A DNA stretch of 64,000 nt from Trichoplax adhaerens (lineage: Eukaryota; Animalia; Placozoa): NCBI RefSeq assembly GCF_000150275.1, contig NW_002060945.1, positions 5,071,397 to 5,135,396 of the forward strand. The letters are read 5' to 3'. Positions 25,743-39,700 of the stretch are shown here, in pieces. Position 1 is the stretch's first letter, and every line of letters starts with the position of its first letter. Under the pieces are notes generated by a model. That model saw only the letters and a list, made by a program, of their open reading frames with translations. It searched no databases and was not told where the DNA came from. The translations under genes and the position numbers were made by a program.

Positions 25743-28700
25743 ATGGAATGTCCTCATATAGAGGAGAGTGTTAAGTTAACACCGGCAGATCTGAAAAACT
25801 CAAATTGTTCTCTTTGGACCTGTGAAGGTAAGATGCGCAGCGATATTCTGTATAACTATACGGTCTACATTAGTCTACATACACTACACTATCAACACCA
25901 CCTACACGTAGATTCATTTGTTGCAAAGGTTTCATAACCTTGCTAAGACAATTATCATTAAATTATTAGCAATAATAATATATTTATACCTTAATATTTA
26001 TAGTTTATACGGTTATACATCCACACAACAATACAGTTATTCTGTAAGCGAAGTTTTATTATTTTTATTATTATTATCTTGGCGTACAAGATAATCCGCG
26101 CCAAATCTGACTTATAGTTAATGACTAAATTCTGTCACTTAAGAATTAGGATGCGAAAGCATCGAAGCACACAACGTGTGTGTGTTATTGACTTCTCGTA
26201 TTTTGTACAGCACGCGTACTGCATGATCCACGGACTATCTTATACATGATCATTAAAGAAACTGGACCTACAGACCTAATTCTTACTTCGTGTGCATCAT
26301 TCAGATTCCTAGCCTAAGTAGACATAAAGTTATAAACTTGCAAACAGTATATCGACGGTATTGTAATGAATGTTCCGACTGAATGTCCAACTCTGGAAAG
26401 CTAACTGAATACCCTAGAAATAAAAAAATATGTCATTATGTAGCGTTATCTACAGCCTCGTTTGCTGATGTATTATTACATCTAAATAATAACATATGCG
26501 TATATGCGTGCGATCTTGAATAACTAGTGTTGTAGTGATAAATTGAGTAGACTTAGACTTGTTGCTGTGCTCACATTTTAAATGTGATAGTCACGACTTC
26601 GTACAAGGTCAAAATTGTTGTGCCACTAGTATGCAATATGTTCCCTTGCGAATTTTTATATGATAGCAATAGTACAGCACCGTACAGTACAAATAGAGGT
26701 AAGATACAGTAATTGGACAGTATTTAGTATTTACGTTAATGTAAGACAGTACAGTACCATGAATGAAGCGATCTTTTTTTGTCGTAGATGTCTCTTAATG
26801 TTTCACGTACGCATTGTAGGCTTTACGTTAGTGTACCTGATTCTCAATTCATTTGTACAGTGTAACGTAGCTAATTCGGCATGCTCGCTTTTCAGTTGCA
26901 CCAAAGCATAGTGATCTTACATACGCGCATACTGTACTCTAAGCTACATTTTATGTTTACATGCGTGTTTGCATCTTTGTACTCTGTCCTGAAGCTTCAG
27001 TTTGACTTCAGTCAGCATTTGCTCGGAGGGTCTGCCATGGACTACCAGATTTACGCGAATAGAATACGTGTAACATCGCAATGCCGTAAAGTTTTAGTTG
27101 TTAATAAAATAAATAAGTAGCCGGGTCTTTACTTTCTTTTTTCTGTAACTTAAGTTAGACTAAACTATTTTATTATCATTAAGTAAGCGAATGATAACAG
27201 GCAATCCCAAGTCGTCAAAACTTTCAACAGGTTATTTATTAGTGATCTCAACGGTACAAAAGCCCAAACTTAGCCAAGGCCCAAGGAACATCCGCATTAA
27301 TTTTTCTTATTCGTAGTTCTGCACTGTACAGTACAGTACATTGTACAAATTTTCAATCGAAGTACAGTACAGTACACTACAGTACTGTTATAAATTATAT
27401 ACTGTATTATATTATACAGTACTTTACAGTACTGTGTATAGAGAGGTCTGGCATGACATTAATCACAACTCACAAGTAGTCACTATCATACAGTACTGTA
27501 CACATTGTACAGTACATTATACTGTAGTACTCGAGTCCCTATTCCCACCCACTTTTACTGTACACTGTACTGTAGAGCGTACAGTACACTCACTGTAGTA
27601 CTGTACTACTAAATACTGTATTAATGGAGTTATTTAGCAGTCCATGACCACGGCTACTAAAGGGAAAGAAAGAGACAGGAAACGGTCGTTCACTGTACAG
27701 AGCATGTTTACCTTCGTTTTAGAATTTCGATGTAAAAAATTGACTTCCTTTATTGCAATAAAGATAACTTAATATTATATGTGCTGGTAGATGAAGGTTC
27801 AGTAAATATTACTGTTGCGATAATTCATATGAATAAATGACCTAACATAAGAAAAATTGATTTATAATACTGTACACTACAAACTCGCCACGCCCGACAA
27901 CCTGTAATTTGTAGTCAGTACAATGTACTGTACTGTACCTTACAGTACAGTATGTATGGTACGGTACATTTGAGTGATACCGTATGGAATGATAATATTC
28001 AGCACTTATCATTTGAACTGAAAGTGACTGTAAAATGTTGCAAGTTACGCATTTTTCATTTCTCATAACATTATCAGAAAGCCTCTGGTACGTATTGGTG
28101 TACGATTCGAGCCATGTAGCTGTTATCATTAAATTTAAATCATAATAAGTAACACTACATGGATATATCTAGCCGGACATTAAAAACGATTTTGTTTTAT
28201 AGAATGCGAAACTAAAGAGAGTCCCTGGATATGTTTGTCATGTGGTAATATCAGTTGTGGCAGGTGAGTTGTTTATTATTGCATTTCAAGGCGAGATTGA
28301 TCAAGTACGATTTATTAAATTATAGTTCGTTTATTACGCATGTGGTTATGCGATGTTTGTGTTGTGCTTTAAAGTACTGTATAATTATTCTTGTTGTGCG
28401 CCAAGCTTAACACTGCAATTAGCGGATAATACGTGTCGGTCAGCTAGTTTAGTTCTTTTCATGGTCATTACGGTACAGTTGTTGGCTTATATATAATATA
28501 TATATAGTTCAAAAGTTACAATACTCCTACAATATCAGAAATACCACCGTTTTAATTTGGCTGTCATATTTGATCGTAATCCTTGTAAATCTGTTTATAA
28601 CTTCATCTGCTCATTAGATACGTTAAAGGACATGCAAAGAAACACTACGAGGACCTGAATCAGCACTGTTTATGCTTGGATCCAGCTTTTGCTGTTTATT

Positions 28701-31700
28701 GGTAAGAAAAGTGATTTGATGAAATGAAGTATATTTATGAAGTCATGTATCTTCAAAATGGATTGGAACCTAGTATTATGATATGCACTAATCGAAGAAA
28801 TTAGCTTACGATGTGCTTTAGCGCATACCGGTTAACTGTTAACTTTCAGCTATTGTTTGTCACGAATTTATTCCATTTTGTAATCAGAAATTTTACGTTT
28901 TTGTCAGTTACTCGTGCGATGAATACATAATTAACGATAGCGAAGACAATAAAATTCAGAAGATCCGCGATCAATTGCAATCTAATCTCGAAAGGTAGGA
29001 ATGATCTAAAGGTTCACGACTGTTGTACTGTAGTTTTTTAATATATTATAATTTTTCTAGCGTATCAGTAGGTATCTCTTTTATTATTAGAAAGTATTAT
29101 ATTCATGTTCGTTTTATTACTAGTATACTAAGCATTTCTGAGACGTGCAACTTGTAATCAGGAAGATAGTGGAATTGGTAGAACTCATAGATGATTAGAT
29201 TGAACAAAATTGACGCCAAGCGCTATGCAAAGAATATTTCTAGCTTAAAAATTGTACCTAGCGTTTTATTTATAATTGTGTCTTGCATTGCACAAATATT
29301 ACGGGTAATCTAAGAGGTTGTTTGGATATGCTACTCTACTAGATACTACTTTAGCTCGTCTATATATTTCGGTCAAATATCAGTAGTTATGTGTGGTTCT
29401 TCCATCACAAAGTAAAAAGCTCTGATTGAACTACATTAGCAATGTTCTTATTATTATATTTTGTCACTATTTTATAACAATATTAAATGACGCAATCTTT
29501 ATTTCCAGTCAAACTGATGGAAATAATAGCAAGCGATCGTGTGAACTTATTTGCATCGAACCATTAAGGAAAACTATCAGGGTTAGTAATCCATGCACCG
29601 TGCATTTCATGTATTTAAATGAACTGATAGCCGTAGCTATTGTAATTACCTATAGGAGAATAAACTACATAAAGATTCAGCGTGGATGAAATTAAAGACA
29701 CTATTATAGTAATCGCTGCGTTATTTTACAATCTTAGTTCTGTTTCATTATGCAGGAATATAGCGTATATACACGTATAATGTTTAGATAGATAGGTAAA
29801 TAGAATTAGATGGTAAAAAGCAACACCCATCGCGAATGTATACAAAACAATACTTATTGGTTTACGGTTTCACAGATCATACTGCAGTAAATTTCGTATT
29901 TAGAAATTGTAACTAATTGCTTGGACTAACTATACAGTACTGCGAATACAGCCTTAAGGAATGCTTGTAATAAATTCCATCAATCAAGAATAATGCCAAC
30001 TTGCCTATTATAAATTATTGAACTTAAGCACGAAATATTATTTATTGATCAGGTCGACGGAGAAAGGAGATCGACGTCGGCATATCAAATTTTGGGATTA
30101 AAAAATCTTGGTAATACGTGCTACTTAAATGCAATCTTACAATCACTTAGGTAACTATATCAGAAATTTTGCTAACAATGTATACTCAATAGCCGTTCAT
30201 AAATTCAATGTAATTACTTTTGAAATTACTAGCAATATAGATCCCTTCTGTCGCTACTTTAAGACGTTCAGATCCTTAACAGATTCGGATCCCCGTAAAG
30301 AGAAGCATGCTCATAATACTAGAGCTCAGGGTGATAATGTGTAAGATTTTCGGAACTGATCTACGTAGACCCTGTAATTAATGCCCTCTAATTGTTATTT
30401 ATATATCACATAAGACTGTACTTTATAATATGACTTAGAAATTTCACTATATTGTTACTTGGGTAAGTTAAATTAATCAGTGAAGCTACCAGACATGTTA
30501 ACTACTGTAGGTTATAGTCATTATTAAGTAAAATCAATCCTGATACACGCTAACTAAAATTCCTTTGTTTTCCTTAACAGATGCATCGTAGATGAATTAC
30601 GAAAAGTTCTTGATGGCTTAGGAGAGATTAGTAGTTCATCATATTACTCTCCAAATTCCTTCTTAACTGCAATTTGTAAACTTATACCGAGATTTAGGTA
30701 TTGTATACTATAATATTGTTTTTACCTAATTGTTAGTAAATTATATCTCTTTGAACGGCTTTGGTTTAGTAAAATCGCTAAACCACTATCCAGTTACAAA
30801 AAGAGATAGTATGAATTAACTCAAAGGCACAGATTGAGTTATATTTTGCTCACCATTTGAATGATTTAATGAGATTATAGAACTGGAATTCCTATTTAGT
30901 ACCCCGTATTAGCTTTTAGAATGGATATGTCCAATTATATAGATCCGATGACCTGTTTTAAAAGCAAGACTAGACATGACAGGTTGCTTCGATGTTTAAA
31001 CAGGGGTTATCATCAGCAAGATGCTCACGAATTTATGCGGTACTTACTGGATCGCCTTCATACGGAATTAGGCAGGATGCGTGCTCCTTATTATGGAAAT
31101 AAGCAAGTCTCAAACACAATAGTAACCACGTTATTTAGGGGATCATTGCTGAATGAGGTCAACTGTCTTGTCTGTGATATTAACTCTCGAAAGACTGATT
31201 CATTTCTGGGTAAAACAATTAAGTTACAGCTTTAATGCTACATATTTAGCCTGTTATTGATATTGAATTGATATACTAATTTGAAGTTTCTGCTAATCTT
31301 AGATCTTTCTCTTGACATTCCATCGGAATTTATCAGTAGACGAAATAAATCTATAGGCGATAACGATATATCTATATGCAAATTAACCGGTACGTAATAT
31401 AAATGCCGTTTATTGTAAGTACCTATAGCATTATGTTTCTTATAAACAATACTAAATACTACTTATTCGTAACTTCTAGATTGCTTATCTAGCTTTACCG
31501 AATTAGAAAAACTAGAAGATAGCGAATTGTATTATTGTAGTAGTTGCACAAAGAAGCAGCTATCAACGAAGCAACTAAGAATAAAAACCTTACCGAGAGT
31601 ACGTATGAAACTAATGGGACTTTTGATTTATAACGACTTCATTAATTATAACTTGATCTGTGGCACCGTAATTGAATATTGTGTACCATCTTGTAGGTAC

Positions 31701-32271
31701 TCTGCTTGCATTTGAAGAGATTTAGGTGGTCGTCGTGCATTAGAAAAAAGTTGGATATATATGTTGAATTTCCTATGATTGGATTAGATATGAAGCCTTA
31801 TTTAACACTAAAGGTTAGTACTGTAGTATACGGTATAGGGTTGGGATTTAGTTTATGGAATGAAAAACTTTCAACTGCACTAACTGTGCTCGTGATGCTA
31901 ATTATGCACAGAAAGCAAAGCAAACTAGTAACGGTCGCTCGATGTATGATTTGATTGCGGTGGTCGAACATCATGGATCAGGGTTTGCATATCTTATTTA
32001 TATCGCAGTTAGTATAGAGTTAAGCAACTCATATATGAAACTATTTGATTCCTAATTAGATATGGCAGTGGACACTATACTGCCTATGCTTACAAAGGTA
32101 AGAAAAATTATACATTCTATGCACCACAAAATTTCTCTAAGCAATAAAGTATTTTAATAACCTATTTCAGATGGATGGTATCACTTTAACGATAGTACTG
32201 TAAGCGTAGCTATGGAAGAGCATGTTATCAAGTGCAAGGCTTATATCCTATTCTACGTCCAACGTGAATAA
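25743..32271 (+). CDS. USP3: Ubiquitin-specific protease 3 (ZnF-UBP + USP domain). Exons 25743-25827, 28203-28263, 28618-28701, 28908-28994, 29509-29581, 30053-30150, 30233-30340, 30581-30697, 31004-31209, 31303-31389, 31480-31598, 31697-31813, 31912-31982, 32060-32097, 32171-32271
   Basis: Begins MECPH; Zn[31 protein letters not shown]; Cys box [18 protein letters not shown]; [13 protein letters not shown]; LHLKRF; His box [14 protein letters not shown] and WYHFNDS; ends [10 protein letters not shown]. Junctions are in phase. Confidence 0.93.
27320..27620. repeat. TACAG/CTGTA array in USP3 intron 1
   Basis: Direct reading of pentamer units. Confidence 0.85.
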
Positions 32272-33798
32272 AGTTCTATAAATTCATTTTAGGTGAACAG
32301 CTTGTGATCATATTTTCAGCTTTTGTGTCGGCAAAAATATGATATATTTTAGTAAAATTCTGTTATTCAGTATGTATTCCTCTTATTGCTGTTAATCTTT
32401 CTACCAAGACATGCGAGGCAAAAATTACTTCGTAATCGCATCGTAGTTTAAAGATTGATAAGCACTGTCTGAAAGTGTAATTGTAGCTGAAGCACTATGT
32501 TTCGAAATCGGATTGCCTACTTACTATCTAAGATTACAGTAGGGTAATTCATTTTTCTATACGTTACCTTTCCATACGATTTTATAAACTAGCTTCACAT
32601 AGGGGCTTTTTTTAGATATACTAACGAAGAATCAACTCACGTTCACGATGTTTACAGGATATTCTACATTTGACTGTAGGTTAAATCTTCGAGTAAAAAC
32701 TAACCAGCATGTAGTCTGTTTTCGGTGTCATACATTTAACATCAAGTCTCCGCTACGGTATTTGTATAATTTGAATGGAAGCCATTTCAACGCGATGTGT
32801 ACTGAAACTTTATCACCTTTTTTAACTAATTATATTTTTTATTTGTAACTTAAAATAATATACAGATGATCCCTCCTAATTAACTTCTAATCTATTGTAA
32901 TCCTTATATTTCTAGTCTGATTTATTGAAAAATATAATATCGATAGTGTAGACATTCGCGGTACGACATTAGAATTTTCGCTATTTACTTTTATTTTTAC
33001 GATTCACTTTGTAATTGTTGCAACTTGTAAACAGATACTATGCAAAACTAAATCAAAGTTCAATAAATGAACTGAGCTCGAGCTATCAATTGCTACTTAC
33101 CTGCTTTTTGTAGAACGTAGTACTGACATGTTATCTAAATCGCTATACACAGTAATTATTTTCGCTATAGAACTAAGCAGTTCGTTTACTGGATAGCGGA
33201 TATATGGTATGTCTACTTGATACGGTTAGCGGGCGAATGCATAGATGATTAGTAGTTGCTATAATGCTGCGCCAGCATGATACCTCTAAAGATTAACAGT
33301 CACAATTGTTACCATTACTCGTATTTATTCATATTAATACTATTCATGGAGCAACTATCTTGTTTATCATGTATTGCAGTAACATTATAGGCCATCGTTC
33401 TAATATAATCACTTTTATCAAAATGGATCAATTCTACAGCTACGCTATTTATGATAATTTTATTGGTTTTCGCCTCAAAAACAATAAGTTAATTATAGTT
33501 ACCATGACAATTAAACTCCCCTTCTTGATTGTTATTCAAATGATCAGCGTTAGTCTCGGTTCAGATACACACGATGGAAAGATGCCTGTTATGAAAACTG
33601 AATTTAATTATTTCGAATTAAGAAAACTATGTAACTCTAAAGAATCAGTTATGCATCCTAACTTTTTCGATTGAATCACACCTACTTTATATACGTATTC
33701 ACTCTATCGATCTTAAAAGATAGTGTTACCCACATCGATTGCGACCTCAGTAATATCCTACGTCAACTTTAGTAATTTGATTATTAGGAGAATTAGTA

Positions 33799-36700
33799 AT
33801 GGCCCTGAGTTCTGATCGAGCTCAAATCACGCTATTTCTTTTAGCGCAACTTCGACCTGTAGTAGCTGAAAATTTACAATCGTACGGTACTGATTACCTG
33901 GATAATGTCGATATTAGCATTAAATCATTAGCATCTTATCTCCAATCTATCGGATTCAACCAAAAAGATCAATTAGATTATAATAGATTAATTACCTACG
34001 GTTTTTTACCAACTAAGATACCCAAATTATCAGATCTCGACTTCGCTGTCGATATTGCAATTGTCTATATACAAAAATGTCAACATCATCTAATCCAACC
34101 GTTCAATCTAGCTTGCACTCCAGAGACATCTGTTGATGGAATTACAAGGAAATATTACGTTAAGCAGATCAATGATATTAATTTACAAGGGCAATTATAT
34201 TTGGAAGATGAAGTTTTAGCAATCAATGGTCATGCAATTTGCCATATTTTACCAAGTAAAGCAATGTAAGTCATATCAAAATAATGGTTTAAGTTATTAA
34301 TAAATAACCGCAATAACACAAGAAAGCTAAAATTAATTGGCAGTAACGGTATGTAGATAATTCTAGTGTCAACCTTAACATTTTATGACACACACGTAAA
34401 TCTATAAATAAAATCGGCTAAATTCTTTCATTCAACGACACTATGCGTCCCACTAATATTTTGTTGATATACTCGTACATGTAACTCCGTCATTAATCTA
34501 GTCGCGCGAATGCTATCTCTTTGAATTATATTCTAGCATGGTTCTCTGAGAAAAAGCTTCACTGTATCGCTTCCTTTAAATCAATTTGTTGATGATGTTC
34601 CAGTATTCTTTATCTATTTACGCACAGTACTTAATTTAAATTGTGCTTATCGCAAAATAGGGTATGTGAATTGAGTAACTTAATAAAGCTATAAACTACT
34701 GTATCCTACTACCCTCGTACAAAAATTAGCTTTAAAATCACACAGTATTTATGGCTTTCATAGTAAAATTCATCAAGTATCAGAGACATATAGTATAACC
34801 CTTCAATCACCCAAAAACAATAATGCAGTTCTTAGTATAATTTGAAGAGATGCTAATTCAATCTATTAATTATTAATTTAAATAGTTAATATAAGCATTT
34901 ATCCAAACTTAATTTTATAAGAAAAGTTGACGATAATGTTAGTATAGGTTGTATAGTCGTTACGCTGTTATTTATAGCTTTCCTTGTCATAAATATTACT
35001 TATATCCTGTTTCTGTTTTTAAACAAACTAGAAAGCTACTAGTTCTACTGAATAAAATGTGATTATGAGCTTTAGTTTAATTAATATAGTTTTTGAAGAT
35101 TGTATTCTTTTCATCACTTAAAATGTTACCAGTGCAATAAACTTACCTAACTTGAGTGATCCTACAGTACAGTTGCTTAATCATACTATCGCTTTAACAA
35201 TTATTTGATGACGCAAGAAATAACACAGCAAGACCTTCAAATCTTAGTGTTAGAAGTGCAATCTTTAGTAAAATTTTTATTTGCTAAACATCAGAAAACC
35301 ATATGATTTTGGCTTAAACAGGTAGTACGAGTACAATAATTACTACTCGCTGTAAAGATTCATTTTATACTGTATGATATTATATTAATAAGATAGCATT
35401 AAATTCCGTATTTGTTTAATCTTTAATTATTGGATTACGAGTATACTAATTTTGATTCTAGATTTGAGTTTCGCTTAAAAGCATTTTCAAACTCCTACCC
35501 TCAATTAGACCTAGTAAAATTATTACAATGTGATCACTAGCCACGCCACCTTACATAAAGTTCTTAGAATATTTAGCTGAAACTGTTCTACTGAGTATTC
35601 TAAGAACTTTATGTAAGGTGGTGTGGGCTAGTGATCACCTCTTTTAAGACATTCTTGCTGATACGTAATCTATTCCAACAGTTGAAAGTAGTTTCTGATC
35701 TCGAACGTATAATGCCTTAATTGGCTCATTTTACGGTACTATATTATCGCTGTATGCGAATAGCTAAGAAACTGCATTAGTAAGAAATCTTCATCAATAT
35801 TTCGGATGTTGTATAACAATTACAGTACAAACCTTAGTTCTACGACAACTAATAGACAGATTCATGAGAGCTAAAAACGTATGTAGCAATAGCTACTAGC
35901 CATCATGCAATGAAATTAAAGTCTATCTAAAGATCAGGCTAAATATATTCTCAGTTTCTTTCCGATCGATTTGTCATAAATTCATTAACGAAATATCTAA
36001 ACTGCAGTAGCTTCTTCATTTTATACCATTAATGCAGTAAACTATAAAATATTAACAAAGTTTCGATTTCTTTAAACTCTGTTATAGTATACATAATTTC
36101 AAAAATAGAATGCTGTATTGTTTGTAGATAAATCGAAATTTTTGCGTTAAATTTATTTAAAATCCAATTACATATTGACCGGTCTTTACTTAGTTTAATC
36201 GTTTTTATTTATCTAAAGATTTTACTAAACTGGTAGCATTACAATAAAATTCCTAAATGTTTCCAAAATAAAAGATTTAATTACACTAACTTATTGAATT
36301 TATCAATTTCAGATGGTTTATCAATAATAGCCTAAGATATGGCATAACGACTTTAACAGTCGCTCGTCCTTTTTCCGCTAATTCTATCCAAACAAACTTA
36401 GACACAATGGTAGGCTTAGCATACTCCATTGTACACAGCAACAGCTTAAATTCTTGTATTGGTCGCCTTCAAGAAGAACTGTTATCACAATCTTCTGTGA
36501 AAACCAAAACTACGGTAAAACTATTTGCGTTCAAGTAGTTACAAAAATATTACCGTACTATCGCTTCTATCGCTTCCATTTCAAGTTATCCTTTACAGTC
36601 CTAAAGCTAAAATTATTTCTGGTAGCACAGAATTTCGATAACTTTTGTATATAAAGATGACATGATACTATCGCAACATTTCGGTTTATCTTAACGTAAA

Positions 36701-39700
36701 AATAAAATCATTGCATAGCACTTGCAAAAATGTATCCTAATGTATGATACAATTATAATTTAAGGCAGAGCAAGTTACATACATATACGGTGACTTACAA
36801 GGAGTTTATCGATTTTACAATCTAAAGTATAATTTTAACCCATATCTTAAATATCAATTTTTAAATTTTTAAAATAGTGGTCAATAGAGAAAATGCATAT
36901 TATGGTTGATTCAGATGGACTTGGGATAACTTTATATACGGATGACATAAGACCCGGAATATATATTGCTACAATACAAGGAGCTGCTGCTAAGTAAGTT
37001 CATATCGACAGTTTAAACTGTTTATGTGGTTGTTATATATTGTAACTATGACGAAGAATTTACCTAAACTTTGTCTAATAATATTCAGGCTTAACGTAAT
37101 ACTCGTACTCATCCTGTTTTAATTATGTATACAAAACACTATCAATTGAATAGGGATGGAAGATTGAAAGAACATGATCGACTTTTGGCAATTAACGGCA
37201 AATGTTTACTTGCGTTAACGCATGATGAAGCACATGCATGTGTACAACAGGGTGCACAAGAAAATAATGGTTCAGTAATGCAGTTAATTATTGCTTCTCA
37301 GAAGGTATTATTTAATTTAGATAAATTATTTTAAGATGAGAACAAATACATATCTAATAGCCTTTAGTTTAATCTTGTTATAATAAAAAAGCTTCGGCAT
37401 TCTTATACCGTAGTAAGTAAGTAACTACGCTTCGTTGTCGTTATATATCAGGTTTCTAATTTTTAATTGTACTTTAGTTATAATAATCTCTTAAAGTATA
37501 TAGTGCATTGATTATATTGTAGATCTTTTGTTTATCCTTATAACTTTTCAATTATATATTAGTATACGGTATTGTACCTTCAATCTATTACATAGCCACT
37601 CTTCAAATTCGAAATAAGGAGGCTAAATAATATTTATTTATTAATAGCATCTATTATAATTATCACATATAACGTCAAACCAATCAAATCTCAGCGTATA
37701 ATCCAATAATATACTATCGTAATTTAGAATATTATTAACAAATAACAGACTATAATGCTTAGAGATTGATTAAGCTTTCAAATACAATTAATACTAGACC
37801 GTAATCGACGAAGAACCGTACGCTAACGTTAAAAATGGTCGGATTGTCCTACCTGATAAGCAAAAACCCTCACTATTACATAATGAAAACATTTTAAATG
37901 AAACGATTAATGTAGACCAAGATGACTATATATACCATAACAACGACATTAATGATGATACTTCTATCGGCCAACTTCCAACATTTGCCCTAGAAGTTAT
38001 TCAAGATTCATTTCAAACTCAATCTAGTGAAATCCAAAATGCTAATTCCGCTGCTAGTGATGGTAATGACAGCACTGAACCTAGTAATATTCAAGCCGGC
38101 AACCAAGATGATATGCCACAAGTCCCAGTTCAAATAATAACTAGTTCATCAGATTTGGAAGCAATTCCAAGTATTTCACCTATACAAGATCAAATTGGCG
38201 ATCAAAAGGAAATAATTGATGATGCCGAGTATGTAATCGAAGAGGTTATACTACAAAAAGGTAAACAAATATTGTTACTGATTTGATTTGAAATAATAGC
38301 ATTTCCACAAGAATTATAAAACATCTATACAATATCACTCTATCTTCATGACGGTACTATAGTGGAAAATGTTAGCTTGGGAATTGGTGTTGGATTATTA
38401 GCTGATCTTGACGCAAATGAGAAAGGAAAATATAATCAAGGTATATTTATACAGCATCTCAAGAAAGGATCGCAAGGAATGGAATGTGGCAAGCTACAGT
38501 AAGCTTAATCAATTAATAATATATTACCGGTACTTTCGGAGTGACTGTAATTAAAATAGCCCATTTCTAATTTTATTGTGTGAAAAGTATGAGACTCAAT
38601 GTCTTTAAACTACCTACATATGAAAGTTACTGTATTACTTAGAAATTACCTCTCGTTTAATTAACGATGCTATTGCTTAATTAGCGTCGACTCCGCCAAG
38701 ATAGTACAGCAGATAGAACTGAATACTTGCCTAAAACTTATTATTTTAGAACCATTAATCAAGTTTGACTTAGAATTAAGCCTTTATACGCTCATATTAG
38801 ATACTGTATTGTAATTATCACTTTGAGTCATAATAAATATAATCAATTGAAAGTATAAACATCGAAATAGTGAAGTGTACGATAAATCATAATTTGTAAT
38901 GATTACGTTACTCTACATCTATCGCACACTACACGAAAAAATTTTTTACAAACAAAAAACTGCCAGTATATTACATTATTAAAGTGGATGATAAGCTTAC
39001 GGTACCGTACTCCATGTAATAATAATATTAATACGCACGTATAGAGTAGATTCATGACTGACGCAAGAAGTCGACAATAATATTTTTACTCCATTGACAG
39101 TCACCATCTCAATCTCTAAACGGATATTTCTTTTATAGCCGTGGTGATCAAATAGTAGAGGTCAATGGAACAAGTTTAATCGGCGTTACTCTAAGTCAAG
39201 CATACGGCATTCTAGGCCAGTTAAAGCCGGGCAATGTTGTCATGATTACGAGACATCATCAAGATCCAAAAATATCTGAGCAATTTATGGATAAAACTTT
39301 AAAAGCTTTAGAAAGTAAGGGTAAAAGCGGATGGAGATTAAGCGAAGACGAGAAAGAACCTCACCGTCTTAACAGGTGACTTATTTTTAGCCTTTTAGAA
39401 ATATTCTTAATGAAATGCTCGTATGCGAGTATATTAAATTTCTACAGTACATTGTAAATAATATATGTTGTACATTTACATAATATACATCTGTTTGTAT
39501 TAAAAATAAAAACAACCATGATTTGATACCTTAATAAAAAAACATTTAGGTCATCCTCGTATCGAGATGTTTCAAATACGGACGCTGATGAGCCTCAAAG
39601 TAGATCGAGGGTAATTTAAGCTATCTGTATATCAAAATTTTTTAACGTAACATTGATATACAGTATTACAATATATAAGGTAATAATGTTAATACAGTAC

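Noticed and set aside
33306-33674. 122-aa ORF upstream of the PDZ gene
   Set aside because: Non-ATG start, composition typical of AT-rich non-coding DNA, no motif and no clear splice link.
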